Shown here: one piece after another, positions 56,017 through 64,000 of the stretch
Layout of the letters: each line of letters begins with the position of its first letter
Position numbering within the stretch: position 1 is the first letter of the stretch
Source of the DNA: Hydrogenovibrio sp.
Lineage (GTDB): Bacteria > Pseudomonadota > Gammaproteobacteria > Thiomicrospirales > Thiomicrospiraceae
Assembly (NCBI GenBank): GCA_049975065.1
Contig: JBNGDN010000001.1
Reading direction: 5' to 3' (one strand)
DNA length: 64,000 bases
The notes under the pieces: model-generated
The model's database searches: none
Told to the model about the DNA's origin: nothing
What the model saw: the letters and a program-made list of their open reading frames with translations, nothing else
Translations under genes and position numbers: made by a program

Positions 56017-57633
56017 TTAATTTTTTTTGCGCATTTGACTGTGGGGTTTCGGCTTCAGTTGGGTGGGGCGACTGCGTTTTTTGGTGTAAGGGTAGTCAAG
56101 GTTGTAGTTTAGCCCACGGCTTTCTTTACGCTTGAGGGCGCTTTGAATCATCAGTTCGGCCACCTGTCCTAGGTTGCGTAATTCGAGCAGATCAGCATTC
56201 AATTTATGCTGATAGTAATAATCATAGATTTCCTGTTTCAGCACTTTGATGCGTCTCAAAGCGCGTTTCAGGCGCTTGTCGGTGCGGACGATTCCGACGT
56301 AATCCCACATCAGTCGGCGTACTTCATCCCAGTCGTGACTGATCAGCACCTTTTCTTTGGGCGGCGTGACGCGAGTGTCATCCCAGTCCCGCACGTGACG
56401 ATCGGGCTGAAAGGTCGGTTGCATTTTTTGCTTGATATCTTGATAAGCCGTTTCCGCAAACACCAAGCCTTCGACCAGAGAATTGCTGGCGAGCCGGTTG
56501 GCACCGTGCAAACCGGTGTAGGCGGTTTCGCCGATGGCGTATAAATGTTTGATGTCGGTTTGCCCCTGAAGATCGGTGGTAACGCCCCCGCAGGTGTAGT
56601 GCGCAGCGGGCACCACTGGAATCGGCACTTGTGTAATGTCGATGCCGACGTTTAAGCAGCGTTGATAAATAGTGGGAAAGTGTTCGAGGATAAACGATTT
56701 GGGTTTGTGTGAGATGTCGAGAAAAACGCAATCGATCCCGTGCTTTTTCATTTCTTGGTCAATGGCTCTGGCGACGATGTCACGGGGCGCAAGCTCTTTG
56801 CGGTCGTCGTAAAGGTGCATAAAGGTGTCGCCATTGGGGAGTTTTAAAAGGCCGCCTTCGCCGCGGACGGCTTCGGATATTAGAAAGGAACGGTCTTGTG
56901 GATGATACAAGCAGGTCGGGTGGAATTGATTAAATTCCATATTGGTGACAGAGCAGCCGGCTCGCCAAGCCATGGCAATGCCGTCACCGGTTGAGGTGTC
57001 CGGATTGCTGGTGTAGAGGTAGGTTTTGCTGGCTCCCCCTGTGGCGAGAACGGTAAACTGGGCTAGGTGCGTTTTCACGTCCCCGCTGTCGGGTTCCAAA
57101 ATGTAGGCGCCGATGCAACGGCTACGATCTTGATTGAGGATCAGATCCACCGTCATGTGGTTCGGCAGTAAGGTGATGTTTGGGTTGGATTGAACTGCTT
57201 CCAGCAAAGTTTTAGTCACTGTTTTGCCGGTATGATCTGCGGCGTGAATCACTCGCCGATGACTGTGGCCGCCTTCTTGCGTCAAGTGGTAGTCATCGGA
57301 GGTTTTTTGTTTGCTGAAAGCGACGCCGAGCTCAATGAGTTCGTAAATGGCTTGCGCGCCTTTTTCAGCCACCATTTTGACGGTTTCAATTTGACACAAA
57401 CCGGCACCCGCCTCCATGGTGTCTTGGATGTGGGATTCAATCGAATCAAACGGGTCTAAAACCGCGGCAATCCCCCCTTGGGCGTAAGCTGAACTGCCTT
57501 CGTTTAAGGATGACTTGGCCACGAGGGTAATGGAATAATGGCGTGCCAGTTTAAGTGCAATGGATAGACCGGCAATCCCACTGCCAATGACGAGTGCGTG
57601 GGTGGTCGTTGGGTGAGTTTCGGTGTTTTTCAT
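56017..57633 (-). CDS. nadB: L-aspartate oxidase
   Basis: FAD dinucleotide motif VIGSGIAGLS close to the chosen start (MKNTETH...). 538 aa. The track ORF extends to 57738. Confidence 0.93.
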   Translation of the reverse strand: MKNTETHPTTTHALVIGSGIAGLSIALKLARHYSITLVAKSSLNEGSSAYAQGGIAAVLDPFDSIESHIQDTMEAGAGLCQIETVKMVAEKGAQAIYELIELGVAFSKQKTSDDYHLTQEGGHSHRRVIHAADHTGKTVTKTLLEAVQSNPNITLLPNHMTVDLILNQDRSRCIGAYILEPDSGDVKTHLAQFTVLATGGASKTYLYTSNPDTSTGDGIAMAWRAGCSVTNMEFNQFHPTCLYHPQDRSFLISEAVRGEGGLLKLPNGDTFMHLYDDRKELAPRDIVARAIDQEMKKHGIDCVFLDISHKPKSFILEHFPTIYQRCLNVGIDITQVPIPVVPAAHYTCGGVTTDLQGQTDIKHLYAIGETAYTGLHGANRLASNSLVEGLVFAETAYQDIKQKMQPTFQPDRHVRDWDDTRVTPPKEKVLISHDWDEVRRLMWDYVGIVRTDKRLKRALRRIKVLKQEIYDYYYQHKLNADLLELRNLGQVAELMIQSALKRKESRGLNYNLDYPYTKKRSRPTQLKPKPHSQMRKKN

Positions 57634-57779
57634 GTATTTGTGACTACGCCTTTTGCCGATTTGCCGAAAGAGGTCATGAGGCTCGCCTTGCCATTGGAAG
57701 GGGCAGGCCGATTTCAACACCTCTTGAAAATAAATCAAATGGTACCATAACTGTTAAACAATCATGGAGTCGATAGAGA

Positions 57780-58388
57780 ATGAGCAATTCATCCGGTAGC
57801 AGACGTCCTACAGCGCAAGCGCGGAAGACGGCCTCTCAAACCCGTTTAGGAGCCTTGCAGAGTCGAAACGCCCCGAGCGAACTTGAAGCGACTTCGCGGA
57901 TGACGGCGAACGGGCTGGTCGAATCCGTCGATGGTGATTGGGCAGAGGTGTTAACGCAGCGTCAGACGGGCTGCAGCGGTTGCGGTTCCCAAAAAGGGTG
58001 CGGTACAGCGTCTTTGGCCAAGCTGTTTGTCCCTCGGCAGCCCGGTCGGCTTCGGGTGCGCAATGCCATTAGCGCCAGGCCTGGCGATACGGTTCGCCTG
58101 TCAATGGATGAGTCACAATTCATCCAACATTCTCTGATGGCCTATGGGATACCATTATTAGGACTCTTTGTAGGCGGGTTGTGTGTTAGCTGGATGACCC
58201 AGGCCTGGGAAGAAACGGCTGTTTCGGAATGGATGACGGTTCTGGGGGGGCTGTTCGGAATGATTGTCGGTTGGCTTGGGGTGCGTAGGTTTTATCATCC
58301 TGAGCCACCGTTAATGGAGGCTGTGATTACGGTGTCAGAGGTGGAGCAATCCTTGGGTCGCACGTCGGATCAGTCAAGCATAAGCTGA
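57780..58388 (+). CDS. rseC: RseC/MucC-family protein (sigma-E regulatory / SoxR-reducing system component)
   Basis: Cys-rich segment CSGCGSQKGCG, then two TM helices, as in RseC. The start may instead be ATG 57900 (MTANGLVESV...). Confidence 0.7.
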   Translation: MSNSSGSRRPTAQARKTASQTRLGALQSRNAPSELEATSRMTANGLVESVDGDWAEVLTQRQTGCSGCGSQKGCGTASLAKLFVPRQPGRLRVRNAISARPGDTVRLSMDESQFIQHSLMAYGIPLLGLFVGGLCVSWMTQAWEETAVSEWMTVLGGLFGMIVGWLGVRRFYHPEPPLMEAVITVSEVEQSLGRTSDQSSIS

Positions 58389-58424
58389 AGCCGTTAGACG
58401 GTTAAAAAAGCGTTAGGAGTTGGA

Positions 58425-59852
58425 ATGAAGACAGTAATGAAATCGTTTTATGCCTACAGTGTGATGGCTGTAGTGTTGTTGTTGGCGTTTGGTGGTGTCA
58501 AAGCGGCGACGGTAACCTTGCCGGACTTTTCGGAGCTGGCGGCGGAAAACAGCGATGTGGTGGTGAACATCAGTACGACTCGAAAAGTCGAAGTTGGTTC
58601 CATGCCTCAGTTTCGTGGCATGCCTGAAGAAATGTTGCGTTACTTTTTTGGGATTCCCGGCCAAGGGCCGCACGGCCAGCCACCGGCGCCTAGAAAAGAA
58701 GCCAATTCGTTGGGCTCTGGTTTTATTATTTCCCAGGATGGCTACATCATCACCAATAACCATGTGGTGGCAGAAGCCGATGATATCGTGGTTAAACTCA
58801 GCAACCGTCAAGAACTGAAGGCCAAGCTGATCGGTGCGGATGAACGCTCCGATATTGCATTGCTTAAAATCGACGCCAAGGGTCTAAAAACCGCTAAAAT
58901 CGGCACCTCTCAAAACTTAAAAGTCGGCCAATGGGTGTTAGCAATCGGCGAGCCGTTTGGGTTGGATTACACTGTCACGCACGGCATTGTCAGTGCTTTG
59001 GGGCGCTCGCTTCCAGATGACACCTATGTGCCGTTTATTCAAACGGATGTGCCGATTAATCCGGGTAATTCCGGTGGCCCCTTGCTGAATATGGACGGTG
59101 AGGTTGTTGGCGTCAATGCGCAAATATTCAGCAAAAGCGGTGGTTCCATGGGGCTGTCCTTTTCAATTCCAATCGATATTGCGATGGACGTGGCAAAGCA
59201 GTTAAGAGAAAAAGGCTTTGTTGAGCGCGGCTTTCTCGGTGTCGGTGTTCAAGAAGTTTCCGGTGATTTGGCGCGTTCATTTGATATGAAGCGACCCATG
59301 GGGGCGTTGGTCACATCCACGGAAAAAGGCTCGGCGGCGGATGAAGCGGGTATTGAACCTGGGGATATTATTTTAGAGTTTGGGGGCAAAACCATCCAAA
59401 AATCATCGGACTTGCCACCGGTTGTTGGCACGTCACCGGTTGGCAAGCCGGTTCAGGTGAAAGTGCTGCGCAATGGTCGTTTTAAAACCGTTACCGTTCG
59501 CCTGAAACCGCTCGATTCACAAGCCGACGCGGCGTCGACTGGTTCGAAAGATGCGCCTCAGAAAGGGTATGAAAATACGTCCTTGGGAGTGCAAGTGGAG
59601 CCGATCCAGCAAAAGGTATTGGAGCGTTTAAATATTCCATTCGGGGTGGCGGTGACAGAAGTTAAAAATAACAGCGCCGCTCAAAAAGCGGGCATTATGG
59701 CGGGTGATATTTTGATTACCATTAACTTCAAGCCGATAAAATCGCCAAAGGATTTAAATGAAGTGATTCGTTCGGCACCGAAAGGACGTTCTTTACCGGC
59801 GCGGATTATTCGCGGTAATCGTTCAATCTTCGTTCCGTTGGTATTGTCTTAA
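58425..59852 (+). CDS. degP: Periplasmic serine endoprotease DegP/DegQ/MucD family (protease + two PDZ domains)
   Basis: Signal peptide, catalytic GNSGGPL motif, two PDZ-like repeats. 475 aa. Confidence 0.92.
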   Translation: MKTVMKSFYAYSVMAVVLLLAFGGVKAATVTLPDFSELAAENSDVVVNISTTRKVEVGSMPQFRGMPEEMLRYFFGIPGQGPHGQPPAPRKEANSLGSGFIISQDGYIITNNHVVAEADDIVVKLSNRQELKAKLIGADERSDIALLKIDAKGLKTAKIGTSQNLKVGQWVLAIGEPFGLDYTVTHGIVSALGRSLPDDTYVPFIQTDVPINPGNSGGPLLNMDGEVVGVNAQIFSKSGGSMGLSFSIPIDIAMDVAKQLREKGFVERGFLGVGVQEVSGDLARSFDMKRPMGALVTSTEKGSAADEAGIEPGDIILEFGGKTIQKSSDLPPVVGTSPVGKPVQVKVLRNGRFKTVTVRLKPLDSQADAASTGSKDAPQKGYENTSLGVQVEPIQQKVLERLNIPFGVAVTEVKNNSAAQKAGIMAGDILITINFKPIKSPKDLNEVIRSAPKGRSLPARIIRGNRSIFVPLVLS

Positions 59853-59993
59853 ACAGACTCTTTTACAGAATGCGACATTTGATGGGCTTCACGTCAATCG
59901 AAGTCGCAGGGTGAATATAAAGTGAGATTTCCAATCAATTAGCGTAAAATACGCGGTTTAATTGGTTATCAAACGGTTAAGCCTCGATGCTTG

Positions 59994-60038
59994 AAAAGGG
60001 TGGCTAGCGTTCGCAACTAGACACCCTTTTTGCGTTTT
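59994..60038 (+). terminator. Probable rho-independent terminator downstream of degP
   Basis: aaaagggtg ... caccctttt stem around an inner ctag/ctag pairing, followed by tgcgtttt. Confidence 0.55.
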
Positions 60039-60169
60039 AGTGATCCGACAGTGCCCGCAGTGAGATCAGCGGCGTGTCGCCATTCGGACGGGTTAGATGC
60101 GTTTATCGGGGTCAGAGCACGTTTACAAAGCCGTTTTGAATCTTTCAAATCGTTTATTTTGAGGCCTAG

Positions 60170-61975
60170 ATGTCTAAGCAGCTTGCACACATTCGTAATT
60201 TCTCCATCATTGCACACATTGACCACGGAAAGTCCACCATTGCCGATCGTTTTATTCAGTTGTGCGGCGGTCTGACGGAACGGGAGATGGCCAGTCAGGT
60301 ACTGGATTCAATGGACTTGGAGCGCGAACGTGGGATTACCATCAAGGCACAGAGTGTGACGTTGAATTATGAAGCGGACGATGGTCAACGGTATCAACTG
60401 AATTTTATCGATACGCCTGGGCATGTGGATTTCTCTTACGAAGTGTCCCGCTCCCTAGCGGCTTGCGAAGGCGCTTTGTTGGTCGTTGATGCGTCGCAAG
60501 GGGTGGAGGCTCAGACCGTGGCCAACTGTTACACCGCCATCGAGCAGGGTCTGGAGGTCTTGCCGGTCTTGAACAAGATTGATTTACCGGCAGCGGATCC
60601 GGATCGGGTGGTGGATGAAATTGAAGAGATTATCGGCATCGAAGCGCATGACGCGGTTCATGCCAGTGCGAAATCCGGCATTGGCGTAAAAGAAACGCTA
60701 GAAGAAATCGTGCAAAAAATTCCGCCGCCAGTCGGCGACCCGGCCGCGCCGCTCAAGGCGTTGATTATTGACTCTTGGTTTGATAATTACCTTGGCGTGG
60801 TCTCCCTAGTGCGGGTCATTGACGGTAAAATTGGTAAAAAAACAAAGATGCAAATTGTTTCGACTAAGGATGAGTACCTGGTTGATGATGTGGGTATTTT
60901 TACGCCAAAGCGCACTTCGCGGGACTTCTTATCGGCTGGGGAAGTTGGCTATGTGATTGCCGGTATTAAAGACATTGACGGCGCCCCTGTCGGTGACACC
61001 ATAACGACATCGGACTCGGATGCTAAGCCCTTGCCCGGCTTTAAACCGGTTCAACCAAGGGTGTTTGCCGGACTCTTTCCGATCAGTTCCGAAGATTATG
61101 AGGATTTGCGTGAAGCTTTACGAAAGTTACGCCTGAATGATGCCGCTTTGCATTTTGAACCGGAAAGTTCGGATGCGCTCGGCTTCGGTTTTCGTTGCGG
61201 CTTTCTGGGGATGCTGCACATGGAGATTATCCAAGAGCGGCTGGAACGTGAATACAATCTTGACTTGATCACCACGGCTCCCACGGTTGTTTATGAGGTT
61301 TTAACCAAAAAGGGTGAACTTCTCAATATCGATAACCCTTCCAGTCTGCCGGATCAAAGCGTCATCGAAGAAATACGCGAGCCGATTATTCAGGCGAATA
61401 TTCTGGTGCCGAATGATTATGTGGGCGCGGTCATGAAGCTTTGTTTGGAAAAACGAGGCGTCCAAAAGGACATGCAGTATGCCGGAAATCAGGTGTCGAT
61501 TCATTACGAATTGCCGTTGAATGAAGTGGTGTTGGATTTCTTCGATCGTTTGAAATCGACCAGTCGTGGTTATGCCTCAATGGATTATGAATTCAAACGC
61601 TTTCAGGCGGACGATTTGGTGCGTTTGGAATTTTTGATCAATGGCGAAACAGTGGATGCTCTGGCGTTGATTGTGCATCGCTCCACGGCGGTGCAACGAG
61701 GCAAGGTGCTGATCGAAAAGTTACGTCAGATCATCCCGCGGCAAATGTTTGATGTGGCGATTCAGGCCGCCATCGGCGCGAAGGTGATCGGTCGAACGAA
61801 TGTAAAAGCGCTGCGTAAAAACGTGACCGCAAAATGTTACGGCGGCGATGTCTCCCGTAAAAAGAAACTGCTGCAGAAACAGAAAGAAGGCAAAAAACGC
61901 ATGAAGTCGATCGGCAGCGTGGATTTACCGCAAGAAGCGTTTTTAGCGGTGCTGAATACCTCCGATGAAACCTAA
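60170..61975 (+). CDS. lepA: Elongation factor 4 (LepA)
   Basis: [21 protein letters not shown]1 motif, DTPGH. 601 aa; lepA-lepB-rnc-era order. Confidence 0.97.
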   Translation: MSKQLAHIRNFSIIAHIDHGKSTIADRFIQLCGGLTEREMASQVLDSMDLERERGITIKAQSVTLNYEADDGQRYQLNFIDTPGHVDFSYEVSRSLAACEGALLVVDASQGVEAQTVANCYTAIEQGLEVLPVLNKIDLPAADPDRVVDEIEEIIGIEAHDAVHASAKSGIGVKETLEEIVQKIPPPVGDPAAPLKALIIDSWFDNYLGVVSLVRVIDGKIGKKTKMQIVSTKDEYLVDDVGIFTPKRTSRDFLSAGEVGYVIAGIKDIDGAPVGDTITTSDSDAKPLPGFKPVQPRVFAGLFPISSEDYEDLREALRKLRLNDAALHFEPESSDALGFGFRCGFLGMLHMEIIQERLEREYNLDLITTAPTVVYEVLTKKGELLNIDNPSSLPDQSVIEEIREPIIQANILVPNDYVGAVMKLCLEKRGVQKDMQYAGNQVSIHYELPLNEVVLDFFDRLKSTSRGYASMDYEFKRFQADDLVRLEFLINGETVDALALIVHRSTAVQRGKVLIEKLRQIIPRQMFDVAIQAAIGAKVIGRTNVKALRKNVTAKCYGGDVSRKKKLLQKQKEGKKRMKSIGSVDLPQEAFLAVLNTSDET

Positions 61976-61988
61976 GAGAATTGTATAA

Positions 61989-62756
61989 ATGAGTTTTGAA
62001 TTAATATTGGTGATTGTCACCGCCATTACCGGTGTGGTTGTGTATGTTGATAAGGTGGTGTGGAAGCCGAAACGTGATCGCTCCGTCACCACTGAAAAAG
62101 AGCCGATATTAGTTGAATACTCGCGTTCTTTATTTCCCGTTTTTTTGATCGTGCTGGTGTTGCGTTCCTTTGTGGCCGAGCCGTTTCGTATTCCATCTGG
62201 TTCCATGTATCCGACCTTGGAAATCGGTGATTTTATTGTCGTCAACAAGTTTTCGTATGGTGTGAAATTGCCAGTGACCCAGACGAAAATCCTGCCCGTC
62301 GGTGAGCCGAAGAGGGGGGATGTGGTGGTGTTTAAATATCCGAAAGACCCGGATGTGGACTACATTAAACGGGTGGTGGGGTTGCCGGGCGACGAAATTG
62401 CCTATTACGGAAAAACCCTGTTTGTGAATGGTCAAGCGGTCAAACAGACATTGCTGGGGGAGTATGAGGGCGTGGCCTCCGGAAAAGTGATGGACGGCGC
62501 GACCTTACTGGAAGAGTTTTTTGGAGAGCATTCGCATGATATTTTGTTAGACCCCGAAAAGCGTGGGCAGGATATGACGACGGTGACGGTGCCGGAAGGG
62601 CATTACTTTATGATGGGGGATAATCGCGATCACAGTAATGACAGCCGTTTTTGGGGGTTTGTTCCTGAGCGCAACCTGAAAGGCAAGGCCTTCGCAATTT
62701 GGATGAATTGGGACGACGGCATTCAGGTTGAACGAATTGGCAAAGGGATTGAGTAA
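61989..62756 (+). CDS. lepB: Signal peptidase I
   Basis: IPSGSM catalytic Ser box, KRV.G.PGD Lys box, GDNRD.S.DSR box. Confidence 0.93.
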   Translation: MSFELILVIVTAITGVVVYVDKVVWKPKRDRSVTTEKEPILVEYSRSLFPVFLIVLVLRSFVAEPFRIPSGSMYPTLEIGDFIVVNKFSYGVKLPVTQTKILPVGEPKRGDVVVFKYPKDPDVDYIKRVVGLPGDEIAYYGKTLFVNGQAVKQTLLGEYEGVASGKVMDGATLLEEFFGEHSHDILLDPEKRGQDMTTVTVPEGHYFMMGDNRDHSNDSRFWGFVPERNLKGKAFAIWMNWDDGIQVERIGKGIE

Positions 62757-62757
62757 C

Positions 62758-63456
62758 ATGTCGGAAGGGGAAAAACGCATCAAGCTTGAGCGCTTGGCGA
62801 AGGCGCTTGGTTACCAATATCAGAACCTGGAGTTGCTTCAGCGTGCTTTAACCCATCGCAGTGTGGGGGCGCGTAACAATGAGCGCATGGAGTTCTTAGG
62901 GGACAGTTTGGTTAACTTTATCATTGCCGATGCGTTGTTTCACCAGTTTCATAAGATTTCCGAGGGGGATTTGAGTCGGATTCGCGCCTATCTGGTGAAG
63001 GGCGAAACCTTAGCGAAAATTGGTAGAGAATATCAATTATCGGATTATTTGATGTTGGGGCCGGGCGAGTTGAAGAGTGGTGGTTATCGGCGCGAATCCA
63101 TTATCGCCGATACGATGGAAGCGATCATTGCGTCCGTCTATGAGGATGGTGGCTTGGAGGCTTGCCGTGCCTTTGTGTTGCGCAGTTACGAGAACCGCTT
63201 GAAGGCACTGGATCCCGCCAAAGTGGGCAAAGACCCGAAAACTCGGTTACAGGAAGTTCTGCAATCCAGTCATCAAGAGTTGCCGGAATACAGTGTTATT
63301 TCGGTGAATGGTCCGGCTCATGCTCAGGATTTTACTGTCTGTTGTTATGTGGCGAAGTTGAATCGAAAGTTTGAGGCAACCGCGACTAATCGGCGTAAGG
63401 CGGAGCAATTGGCGGCTGAAGAGGCTTTGGAAATTCTGGAGAAAAACGATGACTGA
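62758..63456 (+). CDS. rnc: Ribonuclease III
   Basis: RNase III signature NERMEFLGDS plus a C-terminal dsRBD. ATG 62758 lies 1 nt after the lepB stop codon; the track ORF starts at 62728. Confidence 0.93.
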   Translation: MSEGEKRIKLERLAKALGYQYQNLELLQRALTHRSVGARNNERMEFLGDSLVNFIIADALFHQFHKISEGDLSRIRAYLVKGETLAKIGREYQLSDYLMLGPGELKSGGYRRESIIADTMEAIIASVYEDGGLEACRAFVLRSYENRLKALDPAKVGKDPKTRLQEVLQSSHQELPEYSVISVNGPAHAQDFTVCCYVAKLNRKFEATATNRRKAEQLAAEEALEILEKNDD

Positions 63457-64000
63457 TGCGATGGAGCCAAACACTGACTCGGGTAGACCTTCGGCAGAGG
63501 CGGGGTATCAAGCCGGTTTTGTCGCGGTGGTCGGCCGTCCGAATGTTGGCAAGTCCACGATTATGAATGCTTTGATTGGGCAGAAGTTGAGCATAACGTC
63601 GCCGAAACCACAAACAACCCGACACCGTATTCACGGGATTTTAACGACGGACGCGTTTCAGGTTGTGTTTGTGGATACGCCGGGAATGCACCTGGACGGT
63701 CAGAAGTCGATTAATCGATACATGAACCGGGCGGCCAGCAGTGCCTTTGCGGATGTGGATGTGATTTTGTTTGTGGTCGAAGCCGGGCGCTGGAGCCAAG
63801 AGGATCAGGCGGTGGCGGAACGGTGCCGTCTCAGTGAGATTCCGGTGGTGCTGTTGGTGAATAAAGTGGATAAGTTTAAACAAAAAACCGATCTGTTTCC
63901 GTTTTTGCAAAAGGTGGGAGAACAGGCGGATTTTGACGCTTTGATTCCCATATCCGCCTATTCCAAATCCGGCTTTGAGCCGTTGCGGGCGGAGATATTG
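63449..64000 (+). CDS. era: GTPase Era, N-terminal part (3' end beyond window)
   Basis: My own translation: the ATG at 63449 overlaps the rnc stop; GFVAVVGRPNVGKSTIMNALIGQKLSITSPKPQTTRHRI. The frame is open to position 64000. Confidence 0.9.
   Translation, partial: MTDAMEPNTDSGRPSAEAGYQAGFVAVVGRPNVGKSTIMNALIGQKLSITSPKPQTTRHRIHGILTTDAFQVVFVDTPGMHLDGQKSINRYMNRAASSAFADVDVILFVVEAGRWSQEDQAVAERCRLSEIPVVLLVNKVDKFKQKTDLFPFLQKVGEQADFDALIPISAYSKSGFEPLRAEIL

Overview
The window reads as conserved core chromosome of a Gammaproteobacterium. I call 64 protein genes, about three quarters of them on the + strand, in blocks syntenic with E. coli and Pseudomonas: bamA-skp-lpxD-fabZ-lpxA-lpxB-rnhB; yoaA-tsaB; accA-tilS; pyrG-kdsA-eno-ftsB; surE-pcm-(yqaA)-nlpD; alaC-hom-(unknown)-thrC; recJ; dksA; zipA-ligA; yciB-yciI, yciV-yciO-(M50)-rluB; prfB-lysS; nadB / rseC-degP-lepA-lepB-rnc-era. 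A cbbY-like gene, a c-type cytochrome and orphan cheV/cheW genes loosely suggest a motile autotroph of the Thiomicrospira/Hydrogenovibrio type, but that is low-confidence inference. I found no rRNA, tRNA, CRISPR array, transposase, integrase, prophage or recognisable defence island. The unusual signals are at the DNA/RNA level, not a gene cluster. (1) The 10-bp palindrome CCAGGCCTGG occurs exactly 20 times, against about 0.06 expected. Copies lie in 12 unrelated genes in all three frames on both strands, and in spacers, and they often extend to 12-14 bp palindromes with A/T-tract flanks. This resembles a HIP1-like or uptake-sequence-like genomic word. (2) A 169-bp intergenic element with TTAA ends and 31-nt terminal inverted repeats has two intact copies (93% identical) plus several decayed or miniature relatives. 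All are co-oriented with the flanking genes. Every imperfection in its terminal stem is a G-U pair in the + sense only, which points to an RNA-level structured element (Correia/ERIC-like) and not just a MITE. Secondary observations are: the prfB +1 frameshift; a nadB-rseC-degP locus with no room for rpoE/rseA/rseB; an orphan UmuD/LexA-C-terminal-domain gene in an operon with a single-domain asparaginase homologue; a cysteine-poor (zinc-free type) DksA and a C-minus L36; an unknown gene inside the hom-thrC operon; and phased 20-bp tandem repeats over the surE start.
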